Assembly (NCBI GenBank): GCA_963710105.1
Contig: CAVPYV010000001.1
Span: 1,935,032-1,999,031 of the forward strand
Source: an uncultured Chloroflexia bacterium
GTDB taxonomy: Bacteria; Chloroflexota; Limnocylindria; Limnocylindrales; CSP1-4
Direction of reading: 5' to 3'
DNA length: 64,000 nt
Position numbers and translations under genes: made by a program. Below the pieces are notes generated by a model that had not been told where the DNA came from, did not search any database, and worked only from the letters and a program-made list of their open reading frames with translations. Shown here one piece after another: positions 27,844 through 36,906 of the stretch (positions within the stretch are counted from its first letter, which is position 1; each line of letters starts with the position of its first letter).

Positions 27844-29034
27844 TCAGCCCGCGGGGACCTCCGTCGCGACCGCCAGGATCCGCTCGATGTCGAGGTGCTC
27901 GGCGACGAGGGCCTTGATCAGCGAGATCTTCTCGACGTCGGCGGGATGGGTCTTGACGAGCAGGTCGTGGACCTCCGACGCGACGAGGTAGGTGTCCTCG
28001 GGGACGATCGTCGCGAACAGGTCGGCCTGGCGGATCGCGGCGAGGACCGCGTCGCGCGGCCGGTAGCCGCCGGTCAGGAGGAGGCCGATCGCGGCGCCCT
28101 CGTGACCCTCGACGTTGGCCGTCCGCTCGTTCGTCGCCTCTGCCGCGACCTGGGCGATCCGGGCGGCCTCGGCCGCGCCGGCGATCCGGAAGCGCCGGGC
28201 GAGGTGCGCGGTCGTCAGAGTCAGGATCACGTCCTCGCGGTCGCCCGGGACGATGACGAGCGTGCCGGGGCCGACGCGCTGGAGCATGTGCTTCGGCTCC
28301 ATCGCCCCGATCGCGACCCCGTCGATCACCCGGTCGAGGTCGGGGCCTGGGTGGATCGTCTCGCCGCCCACGCCCTCGAGAACCATCCCGAGCGTCGGGT
28401 TGGAGAGGATCGGGCGGACCGGCAGGACGCCGAGGAGGCGGATCCCGTTCAACGCCAGCCCCCGCTCGAGGACGCGCTCGATCCCGGGCTGGGCGTCGAG
28501 GTCGACCTTGTTGACGATCGCCCCCGCAACGGGCACGCCGTGGGCGGCGAAGTGCGAGGCGTTGAGGACGATCTCGTCGATCGGCCGGCCGACCCCGCCC
28601 TCGCTGACGATGATCGCGGGCGCCCCGAGCATCGCCGCCACGACCGCGTTCGACAGCCCGATGACCGCGCCGACGCCGGCATGGCCCGTCCCCTCGATCA
28701 GGAGGATGTCGTGGTCCGCCCGGAACGTGTCGCGGGCGGCGACGATCCGCTCCCCGAGGTCCTCGACGACGTCGCCGGCGATGTACTTCTTCGTGAAGCC
28801 GCGCGGGATATGGACCGGGCTCATGTTCGCGTAGTCGGCGGCGAGGGGGAAGACCTCGTGCATGAGGACCGCGTCCTCGTCGGCCGGCTGGTCGTGGTCG
28901 ATGACCGTCCGCTGGCCGACCGGCTTCATGAACGCCGTCCGCAGGCCCGCTCGGAGGAAGCCGTCGAAGAGCCCGAGCGAGGCGGTCGTCTTGCCCCTGT
29001 TCTGGCCGGTGGCGGCGAGGTACAGCTGTCTCAC
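27844..29034 (-). CDS. Stand-alone phosphotransacetylase N-terminal-like protein (BioD/CobQ-type P-loop plus DRTGG domain), no PTA catalytic domain
   Basis: P-loop ATGQNRGKTT, LLIEGTGHAGVG, VNKV, then VIVPGDREDV ... LLLTGG (DRTGG signature). GTG start at 29034. Confidence 0.75.
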   Translation of the reverse strand: MRQLYLAATGQNRGKTTASLGLFDGFLRAGLRTAFMKPVGQRTVIDHDQPADEDAVLMHEVFPLAADYANMSPVHIPRGFTKKYIAGDVVEDLGERIVAARDTFRADHDILLIEGTGHAGVGAVIGLSNAVVAAMLGAPAIIVSEGGVGRPIDEIVLNASHFAAHGVPVAGAIVNKVDLDAQPGIERVLERGLALNGIRLLGVLPVRPILSNPTLGMVLEGVGGETIHPGPDLDRVIDGVAIGAMEPKHMLQRVGPGTLVIVPGDREDVILTLTTAHLARRFRIAGAAEAARIAQVAAEATNERTANVEGHEGAAIGLLLTGGYRPRDAVLAAIRQADLFATIVPEDTYLVASEVHDLLVKTHPADVEKISLIKALVAEHLDIERILAVATEVPAG

Positions 29035-29190
29035 GGTCGGCGACCGCTCGACCGGCGGGTGGCGGGCGGCGGACCTGGCCAGATCTCCATGGCTGGAACG
29101 TTAGGCCCGGTTCGAGCTGTCGTCACGGCGTCGGCGCGGGGTCCGCGGCGGCGAGACGAAGCCGGCGCAGCGACTCGGCCGCCCCGACGA

Positions 29191-29796
29191 TCAGCTCCGG
29201 GACGCCGTCTTGCGCTCGATCAGGGCGACCGCGTCGCGGAGGCGGGAGAGCGTCTCGGCATCGACGGCGTCCGGCTCGAGGTACGGCCCGAGGCGCTCCA
29301 TGATGTCGGTCACGAGCCCCAGGAACACGCTCGCGTCGGCCTGGAAGAACTGCGGCTCGTTGTTGTAGCGGACGAGCGTCAGGCGGCCCTGCAGGACGCG
29401 GCGCTCCTCGACATGCGCCACCTGGGTCGCGAAGTTGTGGCCCTGGATGCCGTCGGGGTTGTTCAGGAAGTTCAGGGCGTTGTCGATCGCCAGCCCGAAC
29501 CGGGCGCGCCACGCGACGAGGCGCTCGTGGACCTCGGACGGGATCCGGACCTCGGCGACCTCCTCGAAGACCTCGGGCGCGACGGTCAGGAGCCCGACGA
29601 GAGTCGTTCCGGCCCGCGGCCCGAGCATCACCTGGAGGCTGCGCTCGAGGGTGAACACCTCGGAATCGAAGCGCGGGCTCGTGATCACGTCCGTCAGGAG
29701 GTCCTCGACGTTGTCGAGGGCGCCGGGCTCCGCCACCGCGTTGGCGAGGTGGAGGATCTCCTCCTTGAACAGGAACTTCTCTTCGTGGTCGAGCAT
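29191..29796 (-). CDS. Hypothetical protein (201 aa), no family recognised
   Basis: Non-repetitive, balanced composition (MLDHEEKFLFKEEILHLANAVAEPGALDNVEDLL...). The ATG is preceded by TACCAT 7 nt upstream. Confidence 0.6.
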   Translation of the reverse strand: MLDHEEKFLFKEEILHLANAVAEPGALDNVEDLLTDVITSPRFDSEVFTLERSLQVMLGPRAGTTLVGLLTVAPEVFEEVAEVRIPSEVHERLVAWRARFGLAIDNALNFLNNPDGIQGHNFATQVAHVEERRVLQGRLTLVRYNNEPQFFQADASVFLGLVTDIMERLGPYLEPDAVDAETLSRLRDAVALIERKTASRS

Positions 29797-29803
29797 GCCT
29801 CGG

Positions 29804-29809
29804 ATGGTA
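29804..29809 (-). promoter_or_regulatory. -10-like hexamer TACCAT, 7 nt upstream of the ATG of the 201-aa hypothetical
   Basis: The minus strand reads ctgcTACCATccgaggcATG. Confidence 0.3.
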
Positions 29810-29873
29810 GCAGCCGCCCGATCGCCGGAGGTCGACGGAGCCGACAGCTGCGGTCGGACCGCCAGTCACTCCG

Positions 29874-31133
29874 TCATGTCCAACCGAAGGTTCCGATCGG
29901 CAGCTCGATGACCTGTCCGGACGCGAGGTCCAGGAGCCTCGCCGGGATCGCCGGCAGCGCCGTGGCCTCGACGAACCACGGCTCCAGGAGCACCCAGGAG
30001 CCCGGCAGTGCGGTCGGCGACACCAGGATCGACTGATCGCTCGGGCTCGGCAACAGGCCGCGGAGCGCGATCGACCTGGCCCCGGATCCGACCTCGTACT
30101 CGACCACGTTCACGGTCGCGCCCGCGAGGATCGGATCGGCGCCGACGAGGATCGTCCGGCCGCCCGTTTCGATCACCCGACCGACCCCGACATGGTCGTC
30201 CGTCACGAGGTGGCTGACGCCGTCCGATCGTCGGATGGCCCGGACCGGCAGCGGGGCGTCCCCCGTGTCAGCCCAGCACGCGGCGTCATCCTGGACGACG
30301 AGCCAGTCGCGGGTCACACCGACGATCCCGCAGACGATCGGCGGATGGCCCGGGAGGGTGCGCGGCGCCGGGGCGGCCACCGCATCCGGCGGCACCTCCC
30401 AGACCCGGCAACCGTCGAGCTCCGCACACGCCTCGACCACCAGGACGCCGTCCGCGTCGAGCGTCAGGTCGTAGCGCTCCGTCGGGATCGCGTCGGGCGT
30501 GAACCGGCCGTCGAGCCGGATCAGGACGTCGTCGGTCGACCCGTCGAACGAAAGGCGGTGGATCGCCACGCCGCCCGTCGCGAGAGTCGTCGCCAGATAC
30601 GCGAGCCGACGCTCCGGGTCGACAGCGAGCTTGCCGGTCCCGTCGCCGGCAACGTCGATGGCCGCCGCGATCGCGCCGTCGACGGCGTGCCGGATCTCGA
30701 GGTGGACGCCGCCGCCTGCGGCTGCCGTCGTGGTCGCGATCTCGCCTGCCACGGCGACGAGCCACGGGTACCCCGCCGGGCGGGTGACCTCGAACCGAAG
30801 CGTCGGCCCGTGGTTCAGCAGCCCGCTGAAGACGTGCTCGACGGAGCTGCCGTCCGGAAGCGTCTCTGCCTGCGCGCCACCCCAGGCGAACGTCTCGATT
30901 GCCGCCGGAACGCCGGCGGCGGGGTCCGCGATCGGGAATGCCCCGGACGTTGGGCTCGGCTCGGTCGTCGAGGGCCCGACGGACGACGTCTGACTGGCGC
31001 TGGGGACCGGCCGCGCCGCGCGTGACGGGCTTGCGAGGTCCGGAAGGGACTCGGTCGGGCCCGGTGCGCCGGATGGCGCCGGCTGGGCCACGCACGCGGA
31101 CAACAGGAGAAGCAGGGCCAGGCAGCGGATCAT
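29874..31133 (-). CDS. Lipoprotein, function unknown (419 aa)
   Basis: MIRCLALLLLLSACVAQP has a signal peptide plus lipobox. This is followed by a Pro/Ser/Thr linker and then a globular part. Start trimmed from ORF 29874..32612. Confidence 0.65.
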   Translation of the reverse strand: MIRCLALLLLLSACVAQPAPSGAPGPTESLPDLASPSRAARPVPSASQTSSVGPSTTEPSPTSGAFPIADPAAGVPAAIETFAWGGAQAETLPDGSSVEHVFSGLLNHGPTLRFEVTRPAGYPWLVAVAGEIATTTAAAGGGVHLEIRHAVDGAIAAAIDVAGDGTGKLAVDPERRLAYLATTLATGGVAIHRLSFDGSTDDVLIRLDGRFTPDAIPTERYDLTLDADGVLVVEACAELDGCRVWEVPPDAVAAPAPRTLPGHPPIVCGIVGVTRDWLVVQDDAACWADTGDAPLPVRAIRRSDGVSHLVTDDHVGVGRVIETGGRTILVGADPILAGATVNVVEYEVGSGARSIALRGLLPSPSDQSILVSPTALPGSWVLLEPWFVEATALPAIPARLLDLASGQVIELPIGTFGWT

Positions 31134-31221
31134 GCACGCTCTCGGTCGGACGGGATGGCTGGCCGTGTGACGAATGCGCCCGTCGATTGTGGTGCTCTGC
31201 GGCGCATCAATCGAACGACGA

Positions 31222-31245
31222 AGCCCCGGTCGAATGACCGGGGCT
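31222..31245 (-). terminator. Intrinsic terminator-like hairpin downstream of gdhA
   Basis: AGCCCCGGTC-attc-GACCGGGGCT (10-bp stem), followed on the minus strand by TCGTCGTTCGATT. It begins 26 nt after the gdhA TAA. Confidence 0.55.
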
Positions 31246-31270
31246 CGTTCGGTGCAGCAGAACGGTTGGC

Positions 31271-32536
31271 TTACGGGTAGAGGCCCCGCATCGCGGTCGC
31301 GTCGGCGACCCGCTGGACGGCCAGCAGGTAGGCGGCGGTCCGCATGTCGCACTGCTCGCGGCGGGCGATCGCGAGGGTCTCGCTGAAGGCCTTGACCATG
31401 ATCTCCTTGAGCTTGGCGTTGACGACGCTCTCGCTCCAGTGATCGCGGTTCAGGTCCTGGACCCACTCGAAGTAGCTGACGGTCACGCCGCCGGCGTTGC
31501 AGAGGATGTCCGGGATCATGAACTTGCCGGCCTTGAACATCATCTGGTCCGCCTCGGGGGTCGTCGGGCCGTTCGCGGCCTCGGCGATCAGGCGCGCCTT
31601 GATGTTCGCGGCATTGTGGTCGGTGATCTGGTTCTCGAGGGCGGCCGGGATCAGGATGTCGCAGGGGACCTCGAGGAGGGCGGCGTTCGTGATGTCCGTC
31701 GCGCCCGGGAAGCCCTGGACGGTCCCGTGCTCCTTCTTCCAGTTGATGACCCGCTTGATGTCGAGCCCGTCCGGATTGTGGATCCCGCCGGTCGAGTCGG
31801 AGACCGCGACGACGGTTGCGCCCTCGTCGGCGATCAGGGTCGCCGCGATCGAGCCGGCGTTGCCGAAGCCCTGGACCGCGACCTTCGTCTTCGGCAGCTC
31901 CATCCCGAGATGGCGGGCGGCCTCGACGATGCAGAACACGGTGCCGCGGGCGGTCGCCTCGTTGCGACCCTCCGAGCCGCCGAGGCTGATGGGCTTGCCC
32001 GTCACGACGCCCGGGACGGTGTAGCCCGCGTGCATCGAATAGGTGTCCATCATCCAGGCCATGATCTGGCTGTTCGTGTTGACGTCCGGCGCGGGGATGT
32101 CCCGCTCCGGGCCGATCAGGACCTCGATCTCGGTGAAGAAGCGGCGGGTCAGGGCCTCGAGCTCCTTCTGGCTGAGCTTCTTGGGGTCGACGATCACGCC
32201 GCCCTTGCCACCGCCGTACGGGATCCCGACGACGGCGCACTTCCAGGTCATCCACATCGACAGGGCCTTGACCTCGTCGAGGGACACGTCCTGGTGATAG
32301 CGGATCCCGCCCTTGGCCGGCCCGCGGCCGAGGTTGTGCTGGATCCGGTAGCCGGTGAAGACCTGGACCGAGCCGTCGTCCATCTTCACCGGGAAGTGGA
32401 CGGTCAGCTCGCGGCGCGGCTCGCGCAGGACGCGGCGCAGGCCGGGGTCGAGGTTGAGGCGTTCGGCGGCCAGGTCGAACTGCTGCTGCGCGACCAACCA
32501 GGGGTTGATCGTCGCGGCGACGTGCTCGGTCGTCAT
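31271..32536 (-). CDS. gdhA: Glutamate dehydrogenase (Glu/Leu/Phe/Val dehydrogenase family)
   Basis: PAKGGIRYHQDVSLDEVKALSMWMTWKCAVVGIPYGGGKGGV and GFGNAG (Rossmann fold). GGAGG upstream of the ATG. Confidence 0.95.
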   Translation of the reverse strand: MTTEHVAATINPWLVAQQQFDLAAERLNLDPGLRRVLREPRRELTVHFPVKMDDGSVQVFTGYRIQHNLGRGPAKGGIRYHQDVSLDEVKALSMWMTWKCAVVGIPYGGGKGGVIVDPKKLSQKELEALTRRFFTEIEVLIGPERDIPAPDVNTNSQIMAWMMDTYSMHAGYTVPGVVTGKPISLGGSEGRNEATARGTVFCIVEAARHLGMELPKTKVAVQGFGNAGSIAATLIADEGATVVAVSDSTGGIHNPDGLDIKRVINWKKEHGTVQGFPGATDITNAALLEVPCDILIPAALENQITDHNAANIKARLIAEAANGPTTPEADQMMFKAGKFMIPDILCNAGGVTVSYFEWVQDLNRDHWSESVVNAKLKEIMVKAFSETLAIARREQCDMRTAAYLLAVQRVADATAMRGLYP

Positions 32537-32839
32537 GATGCGAGGCGAACCTCCGTGATGACCGGTCGCGTCGACCGGCCCGCAATGTGAGCCGTCTCCC
32601 GGACGGCCCCACGGGGCGCCGCTCGCGTCAAAAGGGCGGTCGGCGCGTCAAGAGCCACGCCCGAGTATAGCCACCCTCGCCCGCGTGGGACGGAGTGCCG
32701 TTCACCATGGCGCAACCCGGGCGCAACCTCACCGCAACCCGGGCCATTCGGCCCACGGTGGCGCCGAGCGGCGCGGCGCCGGCGTCGACCCGCCTGTGCA
32801 GCCCGCCCCGTCGGCGGCCGGACGGGACCGCGGCCGCCC

Positions 32840-33685
32840 TCAGCGGCGGTACAGCACCGCGGCGCCGACGCAGCCCGGCCCGAGGTGGGGCCCGACCGAC
32901 GGCCCGACGAGCGAGACCGGGACATCGGCCTCGGCCAGCCCGGCGCGCCGGATCACCTCGGCCCGGAACGCGTCGACGTCGGGGGCCATCGTGTGGAGGA
33001 TCGCGATCCGCTCGATCGGCCTGGCCGTGATCATCTCGATGCAGCGCTCGCGCGACTTCGAGCGGGTCCGCGGCTTGTCGGCGGTCTCGACCTTGCCGTC
33101 CTCGACGGCGATGATCGGCTTGACCGACAGGAGCGTCCCGATGGCGGCCTGGGCGCCGCTGATCCGGCCGCCCTTCTTCAGGTACTCGAGGGTCTCGAGC
33201 GAGACGTACATCCGGAGGTCCGACGCGCGGTCCGAGAGGATCTCGGCGATCTCGGCCGCCGGCAGCCCGCGATCCGCCAGCTCCTCGCCCATGAAGCACA
33301 GGATCGACTCGGCCATCGACGCCCCCGTCGAATCGACGATGTGGATCTCGCGGTCGGGCAGCATCGACTTCGCGATCTCGGCGCTCTTGATCGCGCCCGA
33401 CAGGGTGCCCGCGACATGGACCGACACGATCGCGTCGGCGCCCTCGGCGAACGCGCCGTCGTAGATCGCCTTCACGTCGCCAGGGCTCGCGGCGGCGGTC
33501 TTCGGGAAGGGCGCGTCGGGCGCGGTCATCCGCTCCCAGAACTCGGCCGTCGAGAGGTCGACGCCGGCCCGGTAGGTGTCGGCGCCGAACGTGACGACGA
33601 GCGGCACGATCCGGATCCCGTGGGCCGTCGCGACCGCCGGGTCGAGGTCGGACGCCGAGTCGGTGACGAAGACGATGCGGGCCAC
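32840..33685 (-). CDS. DegV family fatty-acid-binding protein
   Basis: IVFVTDSASDL, VPLVVTFG and HVAGTLSGA motifs. GTG start with GGAGGGAG upstream. Confidence 0.9.
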   Translation of the reverse strand: MARIVFVTDSASDLDPAVATAHGIRIVPLVVTFGADTYRAGVDLSTAEFWERMTAPDAPFPKTAAASPGDVKAIYDGAFAEGADAIVSVHVAGTLSGAIKSAEIAKSMLPDREIHIVDSTGASMAESILCFMGEELADRGLPAAEIAEILSDRASDLRMYVSLETLEYLKKGGRISGAQAAIGTLLSVKPIIAVEDGKVETADKPRTRSKSRERCIEMITARPIERIAILHTMAPDVDAFRAEVIRRAGLAEADVPVSLVGPSVGPHLGPGCVGAAVLYRR

Positions 33686-33782
33686 GGCTCTCCCTCCACG
33701 GTGGCGATCCCCGCCGCGATGATACGGGACGGGATCGGCGCCGCGGACGCCGCGGCTCAGGCCGCGACGTGACCCGGCGGGC

Positions 33783-35096
33783 TCAGGCCGCGACGTCGCC
33801 CGGCGGGAAGGACGCCGCGGGGGCGGCCGTCCCGACCCGGTGCTCGAATGGCCGCAGCCGCCGCAACGGCACGAGCGCGACCAGGAGCAGCCCGAGGGTC
33901 GCCCCGAGGATCCCGTCGATTCCGAAGCCCTTCGCCGCCTCGGCGCCGACGAAGCTGCCGATGATCTGGCCGACGGCGAGGAACACGGAGTACAGGCCCA
34001 TGATCGCGCCGCGGTCCGAGGGGTAGGCCTCGCTCATGTCGGCCAGCAGCCCGAGCGCGGCTGGCGTCGCCCCGGCGAGGACGAACAGGCCGACCCCGGC
34101 GAGCAGGGCCGCGACGAGGGCCAGCGGCACGATTCCGGCCGCGTGGTTGACGATGCCCGCACCGAGGACGCTCAAGGCCCCGCCGCCGATCCCGTAGAGG
34201 ATGATCGTCGTCCGCCGGTAGCGCCGGAACCGCTCGCCCCAGAAGGCGAGCCCGGCGAAGAACACGAGCAGCGCCACCCCGAGCCCGAGCGCGATCTGAG
34301 CGCCCACGAAGCCGCCCATCAGGGCCTGGTCGGCGAAGCGGGGGTCGGGCTCCTTGATCAGCTGGAAGATCGACTGGCTCGCCCACAGGCCGAGCGCGGC
34401 GTTGATCGCGATCCAGGTCGGCGCGAGCAGCCAGACGTGGGAGCTCGTGAGGACGGCCGCGTAGCGGCGCCAGCCGGTGTGGCTGCCGGCGACCGCGGCG
34501 GCCTCGCCGGGCGGCTCGCCGACGCCGTAGCGGTAGATCAGGAGGGAGACCACGTAGAAGCCGGCGTTCAGCAGGAAGGCGTCGCGCTGGAGGCCACCCC
34601 AGACCTCCGGGATCCCGTCGTACAGGATGCCGGCCGCCACCGCGCCCGCGCCGATCCCGGCCAGGGTTGCTCCCTCGAAGCGTGCCGAGGCGCGACCGCG
34701 GAGCAGCTCGTCGCCGGCCGTGAACATCGCGATGAAGCCGAGGATCGACGGGACCGAGGCGGCCGTCGAGGCACCCTCGAGGAGGCGGGTCCCGCCGATG
34801 ACGACGAGGTTGACCGACGCCCACGTCAGGATCGAGGCGACGATCCCGAAGAGCGGGCCGATCTGCATGACCCGGTGGTGCCCGATCCGGTCCGAGAGCA
34901 GCCCGAACGGCGTCGAGAGAACCAGCTCGGAGGCGAAGAAGAGGGCCGTCATCACCGCGAGCGTCGTCTCGTCGGTCCGGGGCCCGCCGTAGTCGCGCTC
35001 GAGGTGGGTGAAGTAGAACAGGAACAGCCCGCCGGTCAGGCCGGTGCTGAAGCGGAGGGTGAACGTCCCGAGGAAGACCGCGTACAGGGGTCGCAC
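33783..35096 (-). CDS. MFS transporter
   Basis: 12-TM-like protein with GLLSDRIGHHRVM (MFS motif A). Start chosen at the second in-frame GTG (35096) because TACCCT lies exactly 6 nt upstream; GTG 35102 is also possible. Confidence 0.8.
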   Translation of the reverse strand: MRPLYAVFLGTFTLRFSTGLTGGLFLFYFTHLERDYGGPRTDETTLAVMTALFFASELVLSTPFGLLSDRIGHHRVMQIGPLFGIVASILTWASVNLVVIGGTRLLEGASTAASVPSILGFIAMFTAGDELLRGRASARFEGATLAGIGAGAVAAGILYDGIPEVWGGLQRDAFLLNAGFYVVSLLIYRYGVGEPPGEAAAVAGSHTGWRRYAAVLTSSHVWLLAPTWIAINAALGLWASQSIFQLIKEPDPRFADQALMGGFVGAQIALGLGVALLVFFAGLAFWGERFRRYRRTTIILYGIGGGALSVLGAGIVNHAAGIVPLALVAALLAGVGLFVLAGATPAALGLLADMSEAYPSDRGAIMGLYSVFLAVGQIIGSFVGAEAAKGFGIDGILGATLGLLLVALVPLRRLRPFEHRVGTAAPAASFPPGDVAA

Positions 35097-35102
35097 CCGC
35101 AC

Positions 35103-35108
35103 AGGGTA
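35103..35108 (-). promoter_or_regulatory. -10-like hexamer TACCCT, 6 nt upstream of the MFS GTG
   Basis: The minus strand reads gcTACCCTgtgcggGTG. Confidence 0.35.
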
Positions 35109-35123
35109 GCGGCCACCGCGACC

Positions 35124-35129
35124 TACAAT
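35124..35129 (+). promoter_or_regulatory. -10-like hexamer TACAAT, 6 nt upstream of the ggt ATG
   Basis: accTACAATcccggcATG. It sits back-to-back with the MFS hexamer 15 bp away. Confidence 0.4.
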
Positions 35130-35135
35130 CCCGGC

Positions 35136-36818
35136 ATGCCCGACCTGCCCCTCGTGCCGATGCCCCTCGTGCCGATGCCCCTCGTCCGCGGCGCCCACGG
35201 GGCGGTCGTCGCGCCGCACCATCTCGCGACCGCGGCCGGCCTCGCGATCCTCCGAGCCGGCGGCCACGCCGTCGACGCGGCGATCGCGACGAACGCGGTC
35301 CTCGGCGTCGTCCTGCCGTCCGGCTGCGGGATCGGCGGCGACGCGTTCTGGCTCATCTGGGACGAGGCCGACGGCCGCCAAACCGCGCTGAACGGATCCG
35401 GGCGCGCTCCGGGCGCCGCCGATCCGGGGCGGATGCGCGCGCAGGGGATGGTCACCCTCCCCTATCGCGGCCCGCACGCGATCACCGTCCCTGGCGCGGT
35501 CCGGTCGTGGGGCGACGCCCACGCCCGCCATGGCCGGCTGAGCCGGGCGGAGGTCCTCGGGCCGGCCATCGAGCTGGCGTGGGACGGCTTCCCGGCGTGG
35601 GATGGCTTCATCACCGCGGTCGAGACGATCCTGCCGGCGGTGGTCGAGGCGCTCGGACCGGGGTCCGGCTTCGAGCGGGTCTACCGGCCGGCCGGGCGGC
35701 CCTGGCGTCCCGGCGAGCGCGTCCGGCTGCCGGCGCTGGCGGCCACGCTCGAGCGGCTGGCGGAGGTCGGCTTCGACGACTTCTACGACGGCGAGCTCGG
35801 CGAGCGCCAGGCCCGCGGGCTCGCCGCGGCGGGCTCGGCGATCACGGTCGAGGACCTCCGTGGCCACGTCTCGACCTGGACCGACCCGATCGCGACGGAC
35901 TACCGCGGCGTCCGGGTGACGACCCACCCGCCGAACAGCTCCGGGATCGTCGCGCTGGAGATCCTCAACCTGCTCGAGACGTTCGAGCCGCCCGTGCCGG
36001 GCGCGTTCGGGCCCGAGGGCGTGGCCGACGCGCGTTGGATCCACCTCGGGATCGAGGCAGCGAAGCTGGCCATGGCCGACCGGGACCGCTGGCTGACCGA
36101 TCCGGCGTTTCTCGACATCCCGGTCGAGCGGCTGACCTCGAAGGCGCACGCCGGCGAGCTCGCCGCGCGGATCGATCCGCTCCGGGCCACCCGCCCACCG
36201 GCCGCGACGAACCCCCGCGGCGGCGGAACGATCTACCTCGCGACGGTCGACGACGCGGGCAACGCCGTCAGCCTGATCGAGTCGAACTACATGGGCTTCG
36301 GGTCCGGCGTCGTCGACCCCGACACCGGCGTCCACTACCAGAACCGCGGCTCGTACTTCAGCCTCGACCCCGAGCATCCGAACGTGCTCGCGCCGGGCAA
36401 GCGGACCCTCCACACCCTCCTGCCGGGGATGCTGTTCCGGGCCGGCGAGCGGCGGCCGTGGGTCGTCACCGGGTCGATGGGCGGCGACGCCCAGCCGCAG
36501 ATCCACGCCCAGGTCGTGTCGGCCCTGGTGGACGGCGGGTTGGACGTCGCGACGGCGGTCGGCGCGCCGCGCTGGTTCGTCGACGGGAAGGCCCACTTCG
36601 CGCCGCCGCTCGACGTCCGCGCCGAGCGCCGCTATCCGGCGGCGATCCTCGACGAGCTCGAGGCCCTCGGCCATCCGGTGACCCGGACGATCCCGTTCAA
36701 CGGGCTGCTCGGCCACGCCCATGCGATCGAGCTGGTCGACGGCGGCCCGGCTGCCGACGACGGTTCCCTGGCCGCGGCGACGGACCCCCGGAGCGCGGGG
36801 CTGCCGGCGGTCTGGTAG
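35136..36818 (+). CDS. ggt: Gamma-glutamyltransferase family protein
   Basis: GGHAVDAAIA, GIGGDAFWL and a GGGTIYLATVD autoprocessing Thr region, plus GSMGGDAQPQ. The N-terminus has the repeat PLVPMPLVPMPLV. Confidence 0.9.
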   Translation: MPDLPLVPMPLVPMPLVRGAHGAVVAPHHLATAAGLAILRAGGHAVDAAIATNAVLGVVLPSGCGIGGDAFWLIWDEADGRQTALNGSGRAPGAADPGRMRAQGMVTLPYRGPHAITVPGAVRSWGDAHARHGRLSRAEVLGPAIELAWDGFPAWDGFITAVETILPAVVEALGPGSGFERVYRPAGRPWRPGERVRLPALAATLERLAEVGFDDFYDGELGERQARGLAAAGSAITVEDLRGHVSTWTDPIATDYRGVRVTTHPPNSSGIVALEILNLLETFEPPVPGAFGPEGVADARWIHLGIEAAKLAMADRDRWLTDPAFLDIPVERLTSKAHAGELAARIDPLRATRPPAATNPRGGGTIYLATVDDAGNAVSLIESNYMGFGSGVVDPDTGVHYQNRGSYFSLDPEHPNVLAPGKRTLHTLLPGMLFRAGERRPWVVTGSMGGDAQPQIHAQVVSALVDGGLDVATAVGAPRWFVDGKAHFAPPLDVRAERRYPAAILDELEALGHPVTRTIPFNGLLGHAHAIELVDGGPAADDGSLAAATDPRSAGLPAVW

Positions 36819-36906
36819 CGATCGTCTGGCGCCTGGCCGGGGTTGCCGATCGCGTCGTGGCTGGTGATGCACCGATGCATCGCATTCCAGTCGGCCGCGC
36901 TCGCCC

